Shown piece by piece: positions 49,042 to 61,453 of a stretch of 64,000 bases of DNA. The position numbers and the translations under genes are program-made. The number at the start of each line of letters is the position of its first letter. Positions within the stretch are counted from its first letter, which is position 1. Source of the DNA: Felis catus (lineage: Eukaryota). The stretch covers positions 51,586,001 through 51,650,000 of the forward strand of contig NC_058382.1 of NCBI RefSeq assembly GCF_018350175.1, written 5' to 3'. Under the pieces are notes generated by a model. It had not been told where the DNA came from, did no database searches, and saw nothing but the letters and a program-made list of their open reading frames with translations.

Positions 49042-49257
49042 GGGGCGCCTGGGTGGCGCAGTCGGTTAAGCGTCCGACTTCAGCCAGGTCAGGATCTCGC
49101 GGTCCGTGAGTTCGAGCCCTGCGTCGGGCTCTGGGCTGATGGCTCAGAGCCTGGAGCCTGTTTCCGATTCTATGTCTCCCTCTCTCTCTCTGCCCCTCCC
49201 CCGTTCATGCTCTGTCTCTCTCTGTCCCAAAAATAAATAAAAAAGTTGAAAAAAAAT
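49042..49257 (+). mobile_element. Young Felidae SINEC_Fc-type SINE
   Basis: Diagnostic body; TSD aaaaacacaactctg. Confidence 0.97.
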
Positions 49258-49271
49258 AAAAACACAACTCT

Positions 49272-49431
49272 GGGACACCTGGGTGGCTCAGTTGGTTAAG
49301 CACCCGACTTTGGCTCAGTTCATGATCTCACAGTTTGTGAGTTCAAGCCCTGCATCAGGCTCTCTGCTGTCAGTATGGGGCCTGCTTCAGAGGATCCTCT
49401 GTCCCCCTTTCCCTCTGTCTCTCCCCAGCTT

Positions 49432-49468
<37 letters not shown>

Positions 49469-49490
49469 AATAAATAAATATTAAGAAAAT
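49272..49490 (+). mobile_element. Older CAN-SINE
   Basis: gggacacctgggtggctcagttgg head, (CT)n, A tail. Confidence 0.93.
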
Positions 49491-49496
49491 AAAAGA

Positions 49497-49951
49497 CTAA
49501 ATGTCCATCAAGTGACGAATGGATAAAGAAGATGTGGTTTATATACACAATGGAATACTACTTGGCAGTGAGAAAGAATGAAATCTGGCCATTTGCAGCA
49601 ATGTGGATGGAACTGGAGGGTATCATGCTAAGTGAAATAAGGGAGGCAGAGAGACAGATACCATATGTTTTCACTCATATGTGGATCTTGAGAAACTTCA
49701 CAGAAGACCATGGCAGAGGGGAAGGGGGGGGGGGGAAAGGTTACAGAGAGGGAGGGAGGCAAACCCTAAGAGACTCTTAAGGACTGAGAATAAACTAAGG
49801 GTAGATGGGGGGTGGGGGAGAGGGGAAAGTGGGTGATGGGCACTGAGGAAGGCACTTGTTGAGATGAGCACTGGGTGTTGTATGGAAACCAATTTGACAA
49901 TAAATTATATTTAAAAAAATAAAAACATCAAATAAAAACATAAATTAAAAA
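49497..49951 (+). mobile_element. Feline/carnivore L1 3' end
   Basis: WIKKMWFIYTMEYY...WMELEGIMLSEI ORF2 C-terminus, 3'UTR, polyA; TSD aagaaaa(t/g)aaaaga. Confidence 0.95.
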
Positions 49952-51544
49952 AAGAAAAGAAAAGAAGAAAGAAAAACACAAATTTAGTCTATCCTCAGCA
50001 TGGTAGGATAGTATGATGAAAAGAACTCAGGTTCGGAATTAGACAAATAAACCTGAGTTTGGATGTGCCACTTAACTTTGTGGCTTGGCTTAGCCAAATT
50101 GCCCACTTCTTTTAAATGAGGAAGTAACACCCGTGAAAAAGGACACTGATGACGATGGAATATGACAGTGTAGCACCAAGGACTAACTCAATAAATCTTA
50201 GCTCTCTTTGCCTTAGGATTCTTTCCAGAACTTGGAGGTGTCCGGAGCAGCAAGAAGACAGAAAATTCTGCAACTTGAGACATATCAAATTTTGAAACTC
50301 ATCAAAATTCAGGAAATCTAAGTGAGTAAGGGTGCAAATCTCTGTATGCTCGTCAAGTGGTCAGAAGCCAACAAAGAACGTTTAAAACTGATTGGGATCA
50401 ATTCTGGGCACGATGGGGTTAGCACAAGCCACGCTCTCTCTCCACTAACTGCAAATATAAGCCCTGGGCAGAACACAGGGGACAATTATCTCAGCAGTAA
50501 ATGGTAGCCAGCAGATAGGGCAAAGCAGAATGGGAAGTATAATGAAAGGAGTGGAGTGGAAAGATTCCCACTTTTTCCCCTCCAGTATTAGCCAGTCTAG
50601 ACACACATGCAACCCCAAACCCAGAAGTATACACTGGCGTGGACAGCGAGAGCTTCAAGAGAAGACCTGGCTTTCTGGCCCAGGGCCTCGGAAAGGGGGC
50701 TGGAAGGACCAGAGAGAGTAAGATTAAGTCCCTATTCTTTTTAGGTTTCTTTCCCAGCCACCAGGCAATCCTGCTTCATTGCCTCAGTGGTAGAGACTGG
50801 GCAGAAATCTAAAACTGAGGAAAGGGAGACTCTCTCTCACCAGAGAGCTTGCTTCCAACAGCAGAAGGCAAACAGCCATTACATTTTCCCCCTCTCTGTC
50901 CTCAGCAAACTAAACATAATAAATTTTTGAAAATCATGCCCAGACACGTCATCATAACAGGACTTGAAAACTAAATCGCTACAGATTTCTCATCAGAAAC
51001 CATGGACACCAGAGAAGGGAGAGCGTTCGTAAATTTCTGCAAGTACAGAACTGTCGACCAGAATTCTATACCCAGTAAAAATGTCCTTCACCAATGGAGG
51101 AGGAGTAAAGACATTCTGAGAAGAGTCCTTGCCACCAGACTTTTTCTGAAAGAAATGCTAAAGGAAGTTCTTTAGAAGGGAATGATATGGGGAGGGAGCT
51201 TAGAGCATCAAGAATGAAGGAAAGCACAAGAAATGTGAGCTATCTGGGTAAGAGTAATAAGCTATTGCATTCTTCTCCAGTTGGCTAAATAAAATATGTA
51301 TTGCGGTGAATGTAAAAATTAAAAACTGTTGCAGTTTTCCAAGTGCAGTGACATAGTTACACATATGGGATAATTATACATATAATAATTACCATATAAA
51401 TGAGGGAAAGGTAAAAAAAAAAAATACCTGTATTGTAGTTAGACTTCTACACTGCACTTGAAGGAGACAATATGAATTCTGAGTGGCAAGTGAAAAGCTG
51501 AGTATGTATGCTGAAATCCCTAGAGCAACAACTAAAATTTTAAA

Positions 51545-51750
51545 TGTTTATTTATTTATTTATGTACTTAGAGAGAAAGAGAAGGTGGGGGAGGGACAGA
51601 GAGAAGGGAAGAGAGAGAATCCCAAGCAGGCTCCGCAGCTGTCACTGCAGAGCCCGACGTGGGGCTCGAACTTATGAACCGTGAGATCATCATGACCTGA
51701 GCTGAAACCAAGAGTCAGCCACTTAACTGACTGAGCCACTCAGGCGCCCC
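51545..51750 (-). mobile_element. CAN-SINE
   Basis: TSD taaaattttaaa. Confidence 0.94.
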
Positions 51751-52240
51751 TAAAATTTTAAAAACTACGTAAAATGATGTAGTAAAAATCAACAGAAAAA
51801 CTAAAAGGAAATACTCAAACATCCAATAATCCAGAAGAAAGCGGAAAAGAGGAAGCCGAGAAATGAAAACAGAAAGAACAAAGAATGCACTGGTATACCT
51901 CAGTCCAAACATATCATCACATACACATGAAATTAGTATCTGAGCACACTATTTAAGAGACGGATATTGTCAGAATAGATTTTGAAAATACATATTCTCC
52001 AAAGACACCCATTTTAAATAGGATGTGGACAGGTTATAGTAAAGAATGGGAAAAGAGGCACACGAAACACTTCCTGGGGTGCAGGCTGGAGTGACCCTAA
52101 GACTATCAGACAGAGGAGGGCTTCAGAGCCAAGACAGTCACCTGAAATAAAGAGGGACACCTTGTCATGATAGGAAGGTCAGTTGACCGAGAGGTGTAAC
52201 AATGTGAAATGCGTCCTGACCTAAAAAACAGAGCTTCCAT

Positions 52241-52445
52241 GGGGCGCCTGGGTGGCGCAGTCGGTTAAGCGTCTGACTTCAGCCAGGTCACGATCTTGCG
52301 GTCCGTGAGTTTGAGCCCCGCATCGGGCTCTGGGCTGATGGCTCAGAGCCTGGAGCCTGTTTCCCATTCTGTGTCTCCCTCTCTCTCTGCCCCTCCCCCG
52401 TTCATGCTCTGTCTCTCTCTGTCCCAAAAATAAAAAAAAAAAAAA
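52241..52445 (+). mobile_element. Young Felidae SINEC_Fc-type SINE
   Basis: Pure A tail; perfect TSD aaaaaacagagcttcca. Confidence 0.97.
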
Positions 52446-52786
52446 AAAAAACAGAGCTTCCAAATACCTGAAGCAAAAACTAACAGAATGAAACAGGGAA
52501 GTAGGGAAATCCGCAATGATAGTTGAAGATGTCAACATTTTCTTTCGGTAACAGATTGAGTAGACCAAGTGTCAGCAAGGATGTAGAAGAAATGCACACC
52601 ATCAACCACCTCGATTTCATTGACTTCTGTCAATGGTCCCATTACCAAGATGGGAAACCTACTATATCAAAAGAACCCCAGTGGCAGAGAAATTGCATTA
52701 GACAAAATCCTGGACATATGGCCAACCTACCACCAATGTTAGTCATCATTAAAAAGATTACTATTTCTAAAATTATTGAGGCAGAG

Positions 52787-53013
52787 GAGTGTTTCTCGAC
52801 CTTTTTACTACCGCCTCCTTAAGAAGCTTCTTTCTGACATCTTTTTTCCTGATCACTCCCCCTGCTCCCTGAAATTTTAATACCACAGATATATTGTACA
52901 TCTGTATGTCTTGAATGTGTGGTGGGCCCTTGGACAGCCACAAACTACTGTAGTACTTAAGAACAAATTTTCACCCTCTGGGGAGAAATATTACCCCTGT
53001 TGAAAATGCACAT
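52787..53013 (+). mobile_element. MER112-like hAT
   Basis: agtgtttctc...tgaaattttaataccacagatat...aagaacaaattttc...gttgaaaatgca. Confidence 0.7.
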
Positions 53014-54026
53014 GATAAATTAGTCTCTGACATTCTATAATTCGAAATCTGTACAGATCATAAGACTTTTTAAAATTGCCTACTTATGTGACATAAAATA
53101 TGAACTAAAGTTGCCAGTGGAATTGTTTCTTTATTATTAAATTACGTGATGTAACATTTGGGAGCATAACAGGTTAAAGCTAAGGTTTGGGGAAAGACTC
53201 TCTAACTAGCACAGGCGGGCCGCTGGCCAGAGACTCCGTCCCATTACATAAATATCATTACATCCTAGAAATATATTTATGTGCAAGTTACTGATATACA
53301 CTCTAAGGCTCAAGATTTATGAGACTATAAAAAAATTTTTTTAGTCATGAAGAATATGAAAAAATGAAATATTTTTCTTCTAGTCACGTAACTAGGAAGA
53401 TTGAAATGTTCTCCTAATTTCTCTTGACAAGCAGCCCATCTCTCATTAGCTTATAAGGGTCTCTGTAACTGCAGTACCTGTCAAATACTTATTCCCAATG
53501 ATCAACGATCACATTAAAAAGACAGCCCAACCTCATCTTGTCTTGAAAAGTAGAGAAAGAAGCCTAATACTAAATGTCTATTTTGGAGCCAAGAAGGCAT
53601 GTATTTTCTCAGCCCCTAAATCACACACTGAGGGTAAAGTAAGACCCAGGCAGCTCTTTGGAATGATCCAGCCTTCCATTCTTCACTCACCTTACAGATA
53701 CTTAGCCCAACCTTGACTAATCATCCTTCACCTCAAAATATAAAGCATATCTTTCCCCCCTTGAACTTCTCATCTGTTTTCTTCTGACACTCTGTTCACA
53801 ATGAGTTGTTTCACATTGGTGCCTTCCATGGTGCCAGCCGGTTGACAATTATTGAAATCAAAAAGAAGGAATACAGTGATGTCAGAGAAGAAAGTGGTCC
53901 AATTTCCGAAACAGAGAGGGTCTTCTGGGAAGATCACACTCAAGTTCAGATGTCCACATTAAGGAATTTACATTACCAGTTGATCGTGATCGCTGGGACT
54001 GAGTCAATGTAATCAAAATCCTAAAT

Positions 54027-54245
54027 GGGGCACCTGGGTGGCTCAGTCGGTTGAGCATCCGACTTCAGCTCAGGTCACGATCTCACGGTCCGTGAGTTCG
54101 AGCCCCACGTCAGGCTCTGGGCTGATGGCTCAGAGCCTGGAGCCTGTTTACGATTCTGTGTCTCCCTCTCTCTCTGCCCCTCCCCCGTTCATGCTCTGTC
54201 TCTCTCTGTCTCAAAAATAAATAAATGTTAAAAAAAAATTAAAAA
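54027..54245 (+). mobile_element. CAN-SINE (feline type)
   Basis: TSD aaaatcctaaa. Confidence 0.95.
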
Positions 54246-54499
54246 AAAATCCTAAAGAGTTGGTATAAATCATAATGTCAAGCTTCTGGTTTTAGTCTTT
54301 TGGATTTGGTTTTGTTTTGTTTTTAATTTACTCTGAAGAAGACACCTATCTAGTGAATGAGAAATGGATGTCTGTCATTGAAATCACACCCACACAAATA
54401 TCAAGGAACACGCGGAAACAAAGTAGTAATCAGATTGATAGATCGGAATGTAATCTCCCCAAAACGGGGAGATGGATGGGGAGTGATGATCTGGATTAG

Positions 54500-54692
54500 C
54501 AAAGACAAGTAGTTGGCATGTGTTCCACTATTACTCTTCCTGCACAAATGGCAGACATTGTTAATCAATCATTGCACAGTTTGATGATGAGTTCTGACGC
54601 AGCCTCCATACCCATCCCATATGGTACCCTAGGCTGCTCCTTCCAATCGGTTAGCATTATTATATGAGATGAAATCTTACATGTCATACCTG
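54500..54692 (+). mobile_element. MER117-like hAT
   Basis: atggcagacattgttaatcaatca...gcagcctc...ccaatcg...gagatgaaa...cctg. Confidence 0.6.
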
Positions 54693-55219
54693 GCCTGGAG
54701 GGACGATTAGGCCGAGCCACGGATCTCCCTTTTCTGCCATAAAACAGAGAACTCTTCACCAGTTATCAGAATTTACATTTATAGCAGGTTTACTATCTTT
54801 CTCTCACTGCCGGGACTAGAAAACCATTGCCAAATTTTCCTTTTGTTTTGGTGGACCATTTCTGACTGATAAAATTAGAAAAAAGACAGAGAATCATGTT
54901 GAACTTTAGGAAAAAGACTCTGGAGGTAGGTCCCGAGCATCTTGTTTGTGGAAATCTCCATGGACATTGGGTGATTCTTAAAAGCACTAATGCTGCATAC
55001 TTCTAGCCATCCAAGTGAAGAAACTACCCAGCTCGTAAGACCCAACTTTCTGGTCCCTAGAAGTACAGATAGCACGGACCAATCAGTCTTTTTTTTTTTT
55101 TAATGAAGTATAAGTTGACACACTATGTTAACACTGATCACAGTCTTGCTTGATAAGTGAGGGCAGATACTTAAGACCTCCTTAGATGTGTATGTTGAGC
55201 AATCATTAGAGTTATTCAA

Positions 55220-56008
55220 CTCTCCCTTCTTCTGAGCATGGTAGAAAGACACTGAACTGACATTTGCTCATTCCTCTTTAGGTAAATATGGCCGGGTGAC
55301 TGGATTGGCCAATGCTATTAGAGCTGAATATACTCACAAAGTTCTAAGAGACATTTCATGACCCACATTCTCCTTCCCTCTGTCAAGTGGCCTGCAACAC
55401 TGTACGTGGCAGGTGCAGAATCAACTCTGGGCTTACAGTGATGGGGGACAGATCCCCCAACCCACCAGGATTGGCTTTGTGATGGTTAAGCTGACATGTC
55501 AGTCTGATGGGCCACAGGATTCCCAGATTCCACATTATTTCTGGGTGTGCTTGTAAGGGTGTTACTGGATGAGACTAGCATTTGAGTTGGTGGATGAAGC
55601 ACAGGAGAGTGCCTGAACAGAACGAAAGATGGAGGAAGGAGATATTTTTCCTGCCTTTTCTTTCTTTTTTTTTTTTTTTTTCCTGCCTCACTGTGTAAGC
55701 TGGGACATTTCCTCTCAACTTCTCCTGCCTTTGGGGACTAGGATTTACACTGTAGGCTCCCCTGATTCTCCGGCCTTCGGATTCAGGCTGAATTACATCC
55801 CCATATCTGTTGGGTCTCTAGCTTGCAGACGGTAGGTCATGAGACATCCCATTCTCCCTAATATAACCACAATACATTAGTGGTTGTATCTCTCTGGAGA
55901 ACCTCACTAGTGCAGGCATGAAAATTGAGCAAGAAATAAATCTTTGTTCTTCCGGTCGTCAAGATATAGGAGTTGTCTGTTCCTAACCCAGCCTGTTCTA
56001 ACTGGTAG
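55220..56008 (+). mobile_element. Old MLT1 LTR interrupted by MLT2
   Basis: gtgactggattggccaatg...; tgagcaagaaataaatctttgtt...agcctgttctaactg. Confidence 0.6.
55478..55914 (+). mobile_element. MLT2 (ERVL) solo LTR
   Basis: tgtgatggttaa start; attatttctgggtgtg...ggatgagactagcatttgag; tctctggagaacc...ca end; 5-bp TSD ggctt/ggcat. Confidence 0.85.
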
Positions 56009-56768
56009 GTCATCCAAGGAAACTTTTTTGCAATGTTTGCAAAATCTTTGGGGGAGCTCTCAGTAAGAAAATGTTGGTCTCATCAAGGTCCCTTCAATTT
56101 TGGCAAACCTTAAACTTATAAGAAGATAAAAATAAGCTCTCTTAATACTGTGGGATCTTTTTTAGATGAGATCGCTAAAAAGGACCAAAGAACATGTCTG
56201 AACCTAATAGAAAAGGGAAGGGGGGAAGAAAACAAGGGAGAACTACACGTGGGAACAGTTCTTCAGGCCTTGTGCAAACTCGTGCTGATCCCTGACTTTT
56301 GATTTCTCCAGAACAACTGGGCAGGGGCCCAAGCCAATCTGTGTTGGAATAAGGGACACTGAACCACAGGGCGTGTATTGGGCCCAGGACTACCACTGAA
56401 GGCAAGACACGAACAGGAATGGTTAAATGTTACCCACCATCATCTTCCAGGCAAACATTTAAATTTTTTTTTTTTTTTTTTTTTTGCTGCTTACATGACT
56501 CATCCACAATAGGAAAAATGTTTTCAATAACTAATTTAAAGAGGACTTCGTGCTAGAAAAGGCAGCATTTTCTTCTCACTTTTGCAATATATAGTACTTT
56601 TAGGCTATAAAATATTTTTCAACGACACACTTAGAAATCTTGAGAGGTGCCGTCCACAAACTATAAACTGCAAATCCAACTTCTAAAAGTTCACACAACG
56701 TCAAATAATAAAATATTTTTACGTAAGAAAAACATGTTTTCTTCCGTAAAGAAGGCTGCTGCTGTTTT

Positions 56769-56987
56769 AAGGGTTTTTTTTTTTATGTTTATTTATTTTT
56801 GAGAGAGAGGGAGACAGAGTGTGAGTGGACGAGGGGGCAGAGAGAGAGGGAGACACAGAATCCACAGCAGGCTCCAGGCTCTGAGCTGTCAGCACAGGGC
56901 CCAAGGTGGGGCTTGAACTCATGGACTGTGAGATCATGACCTGAGCTGAAGGCGGATGCTTAAACGACTCAGCTGCCCAGGTGCCCC
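56769..56987 (-). mobile_element. CAN-SINE
   Basis: TSD tgct(g/a)tttt. Confidence 0.94.
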
Positions 56988-57346
56988 TGCTATTTTCCAT
57001 AATGCTATAGATGATTAATTCCCAATCAAATACACTGAGGGTGCATTCTTAACGGCCTCTAACTACTGTTTTCTTTTCAAGGGTTGGTTTTAGAAGATTT
57101 AAAAGTGATAATTTCAACTCACATAAAAATATTGTCCTTTCACAGTAAAATTCCATCAAAAGTACATATTTGGTTCTGGTTTTATAAAATTATAAGGTCC
57201 TTGGAAGATATTTCATAACTATGTGCCACTTAAAGATGTACTTTTATAGAACATTCCAAAGGAGAAATTCAATTATTGGACAGAGATTATTAACAGGTTT
57301 TTTTTCCCCTTAAACTCACTGAGTATTTCTACAAATTGTGTAGATG

Positions 57347-57830
57347 AATTCATCTGTTTATTTCAACAAAAAAATATTATAAGCACTTATTCCTCACCAG
57401 GCTCAGTTCTAGATGCTGAAGGTACCACTGTGAATAAGACAGACAACAACCACAGACTCAAAGAGTTAACGTTCCAATGGTGATAATAAACAAATGATAG
57501 ATAGATAGATAGATAAGTAGAGAGCTAAAACTAATGATTTATTACTATACTATGTATAAATTCTATAGTCAGGGGCTAGGGAATGATGGTCAGAGGTACC
57601 ATTTCAAGAGGAGAGTCAAGGAAGATACGCTTGGGAAGAATCCTGGATGAAGTACACAAGAACTCTCCAAGGGAGAGCAAGTGAAAAGGCCCTGTGGTAG
57701 GAACAAACTTGCAAGATTTAAGAAAGAGATTTTGAACGTGGCAAGATGTGAGGTGGAACAATGAGGAAAGATAACAGACGTCACTGGAGACAAGGACAGA
57801 GAAGTCAGAGCACTGGACGGCTCATTTATG
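57347..57830 (-). mobile_element. L2
   Basis: ttcaacaaa...gttctagatgctg...gtgaataagacagaca; gcaagtgaaaaggccctgtggtagga. Confidence 0.8.
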
Positions 57831-57889
57831 TGGATGGTCCCCTCTCCTTGGGTTAAACATTTCTGCATCCATTTTGAATCTTTTATGTC

Positions 57890-58220
57890 TTAATAGAAAG
57901 CTCAAAATTCCACTCTAAATGCTACATCGGCCCATCCCTGAACATTTTGATATGTAGTGTTAATATTGTTATTTGGTCCTAAATACCATTGTGATTTTTT
58001 TAGTTGAGCAACGCCCTGTTTTGAAGTAAGTTGTTAAAATTATCAAACATACGGTCTTTCAGGGCTTTTAGTATGGGCTTCTAAGTTTACTGCACTGGGT
58101 ACAAAGAATGGGGTATGTGTTATATTGACTCTTTGGTTTGTGTTGAGAAATACTATGTAGCCTAGTATAGGCTCAAGTTTTGCAGATGTTCCATGTGTGC
58201 TTAGAAACACAGTGGATCCT
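57890..58220 (-). mobile_element. Ancient L1M ORF2 fragment
   Basis: attttgatatgtagtgtt...atgttccatgtgtgcttagaaa. Confidence 0.7.
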
Positions 58221-58234
58221 CCCAAAAAAAGGGA

Positions 58235-58431
58235 AGGCACCCAGGTGGCTCAGTTGGTTGAGCATCCGACTCTTGATTTCGGCTCAGATCACGATCCCAG
58301 GGTCATGGGATTGAGCCCCGCATTGGGCTCTGCACTGAGTATGGAGCCTGCTTGAGATTCTTTCTCTCTTTCTCTCCCTCGGCCCCTCCCCTGCACGCGC
58401 GCTCTCTCGCGCTCTCTCTGTAAAATAAATA
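58235..58431 (+). mobile_element. CAN-SINE (older type)
   Basis: ggtggctcagttggttgagcatccgactcttgatttcggctcag. Confidence 0.92.
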
Positions 58432-58574
58432 AAAAGGAAAGAAAACACAATGGGGCCCAAAGTGCGGTGGGGGAAGGGGGCAGGGCGAAGTCATGGAACT
58501 GGGAGAGTATCTGTGTGGCTAGAGACACAGAGCGAGAGGTAAAGGTTGGTACCAGATGATGCTGGAGGATGGCA

Positions 58575-58579
<5 letters not shown>

Positions 58580-58616
<37 letters not shown>
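58580..58616. repeat. (GA)n microsatellite
   Basis: Perfect GA run. Confidence 0.95.
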
Positions 58617-58619
<3 letters not shown>

Positions 58620-60394
58620 TGCAAATCTCCCTAAGGATTTCTATCAAAGGGCATTACCAGGTGTAACCCGTCCATAAGCCGTCAATCATAATTCCTTCCT
58701 TGTAAGGCTGTAGTGAGGATCTTATGAAAATAAAACAAAACTATGAGAAGTGTCTGGGTCATGATCAGCACTCAGCCATCAGTCCTTCCTTCGGGTTTTC
58801 TCCACTGTATTTATTTCAAGGAATGTCTAGTCAACAGTCTTATCCCCTGGGGTTTTAGTCCTCCTTCAAATCGATTTCCACATAAAATGTAGGACCTCAG
58901 TGTCTCACTACGCGATACACCCCTTCAACCTCTAATTTGCATGAAAATTACCAGATCAAGTAATGTTGTCCTGCAGAGAAACCACGATCGTGAAATCAAG
59001 TAAACCCAGCAGGAGTGGCCAAACCAGAGGCTTTGCCAAAAGCCACTACCACCAATTAGAAGCCGTGGCGACTGAGGACAGCATCTTTCAGAAGGAATAA
59101 GCAGTCTTTCTTCCAAAGGGTACCACGAACACCCCCCTCTCACAGACAGAGCGCAGGGTGACAGGGCTCCCCGTTATTCTTTCCCGACACTTGCTGCAAC
59201 CAAGCGCTGAGTACCGACATGGCCACAAAGCGCTACGTTGTATGGCTTTGTGATCTTCTTTAAGGCCTGTGGATTCCGACTTTTCTCACACATCGTGTAA
59301 GAAACTCCCTCTTTCTCTTCCTGGCCAAGTGTACAATTTAGAACCACCAAGTTCACTGCTGCCAGGAGACGTCCTGGTTGACAAGGCGAGCTGGGATGTG
59401 TGGCTCTGACCGCCTCTGTGACTTCCACCTCTTTTAGGATTCCTGCCGCCATCGCCCCGCTGGCCTTGTGTGTGTCGGGGCGGGAGACGTTACTCACACG
59501 TTAGCCTGAGGATGGACGAAAGATCCTTCTCTTCGGACCCCATGACTTAACTCAGACGATGTTAGAATGGCCACACCCGGCTCTTTCAAAGGGGAAACGA
59601 ACACCAGGGGAAAGAGTGCTGTGAATGGAATCTGGCTTACAAGGGATCACCTACCGTCAGCCTGCACTCCGTACAGCTGAAGCCAATTCCAAATTTTTCA
59701 TCCGCCTTTATCTCTCAACATCTGATCTCAGATCTTCCACGCCGTAGCTAAGACTCGGATCCAGCAGAGAGAGATCCACACCCCCTTTGTGGCTCACCTA
59801 GACTCAGCTCTTCCTTGGTTGACTACCAGTGGGAATAAAATTCACACAAATCCTCACCTCCCATTCCTCCAGAAGCCAAGGCTGTGCTTTGAGGGCCCTG
59901 ACCATCCACTGTGGCTCAAAACACATCAAGAAATGCAAGATCCACACATAAACAGCAAAGGGTCCTCTCCTCACCGATATCTCATTCTCCAGACTCCAGC
60001 TTTCTCAAAACCTGAACAAAGTTCGTGCCACAGAAGATGACATTTATAAGTCTAATATCTACGAGCCAGGTTGGGGGGTTACAATTTTTTTTTAAATATG
60101 GGTGTTATTTCCATACAATTATACCTACAGTGCCTTTCGTAATTTTGTAATAACTGTGAAGCTGCTACCGCTCTCTCTCTCTCGCTCTCTCGCTCTCTCT
60201 CTCTCGATCCCAGCCTCCAAATATCTGTAGTTACTGAATTTTACAAGGCAAGGCAGAGCGTGCTGTGACACATCTCCTCTCATGGACCACACGCTCTGAG
60301 ACCACCAGCCTGTGTCTGAATCATCTCTCGTGCAGCCGTGATCTTGCACATGCTGCTTACTCGGCCTTGAAGTCTTTGTGGGAGACACTTGCCG

Positions 60395-60810
60395 ACTTCG
60401 ATGGCTTCCAACATTGAAATGTTCTTCTCTGTTTGGAGAGCTCCATCTGGGTTCCACTACAAACACGGAATAGCTCAGATACTTGTTTTCCCAGACTCCT
60501 TTGCAGCTAGAGCAGGAGGAAGCACACAACCCAGGCTCTGTCAATCAGTGGTGCCCATGATGGACTTTAAAAGAGGACCTCATGGTGCCCAAAAGTGGGA
60601 CCAGAGCTCCCAGGGCACGACTACAGGGCTCTACATCCAAAAACATTCAGGGCCTTTTTTTGAGAATTTCTACCAGACTAGACCTAGGGTATGATTTTGA
60701 TCTTCACCTCTGGCTTTGTAAATCTGAGCCTGCCTGGTTGTCAGCCCCCAAAAATACCCTTTTTACTAAAACTCCTCTTCTGTTTAAATCAGCTGGAATC
60801 CGTACACGAA
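60395..60810 (+). mobile_element. Degenerate LTR (MaLR/ERVL-like)
   Basis: ttcccagactcctttgcagctag...; aaactcctcttctgtttaaatcagctgga. Confidence 0.45.
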
Positions 60811-61249
60811 ACTTCCAGCTAGGATTTCTCACTACACTTTCCCTACATGGAGAACCAGCTCAAAGCTCCCACCAACTGGCTGTCAAGTGAAAATACGAGG
60901 CGATCACTTGGCCATTATTGATCCAATTCCTGCAGAGAAACAGAAAAATGGATTTTTTTTTTTTAAAAGACAGACCATTCTCCTATTTTGGAGCCCATGG
61001 ATACAGTTCAGAATACTCTTCTCCTTTCTCTGGGAGTGAAGATTATCTTCCCAATAAGTGCCCATCAATCCAATAAACAATACTGTATATGTGCAGTGAC
61101 ACACAAAAAATTATTATCAAGGATGATGAAGGTGAAATACATTTCTTTAATACTTTCCACTTTTAAAAGTTGTAAATATTCACAATTTGGGTTGTTTTTT
61201 TTTTTTTAATATTTTGGACCACAGGTTTCTGCACACTTCTACTGAACGT

Positions 61250-61453
61250 TTGTTTTAAAGTTGACTTATTTATTTTTTTGAGAGAGAGAGAGCATGGAAG
61301 GGACAGAGAGAGAGAGGGAGAGAAAGAATCCCAAGCAGGCTCCACACTATCAGGACAGAGCCCAGGGTGGGGCTCGAGCTCATGAACTGAGATCATGACC
61401 TGAGCCGAAATCAAGAGTTGGACACTTAACCAACTGAACCACCCAGAGGCCCC
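61250..61453 (-). mobile_element. CAN-SINE
   Basis: gaatcccaagcaggctcc...gagatcatgacctgagccgaaatcaagagt. Confidence 0.93.

Larger units (their letters stand above)
50400..52630 (+). mobile_element. Ancient L1M (ORF1 C-terminal and ORF2 endonuclease remnants)
   Basis: gatttctcatcagaaaccatgga, agaattctatacccagtaaaaatgtccttc, aacagagcttccaaatacctgaagcaaaaact; left boundary approximate. Confidence 0.75.

Noticed and set aside
49532..49780. ORF resembling the L1 ORF2p C-terminus
   Set aside because: 5'-truncated L1 remnant with no promoter, endonuclease or RT domain
54038..54220. Recurrent MAQSV...SSSP.SGS..TAQSLEP ORF family (also 15679, 27710, 42925, 62351 and others)
   Set aside because: Conceptual translations of CAN-SINE bodies, not a gene family
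54582..54597. TGATGA...CTGA resembling snoRNA C/D boxes
   Set aside because: Boxes only a few nt apart and inside a hAT MER element
59174..59497. 107-aa minus-strand ORF as processed pseudogene
   Set aside because: No recognisable parent protein, polyA or TSD
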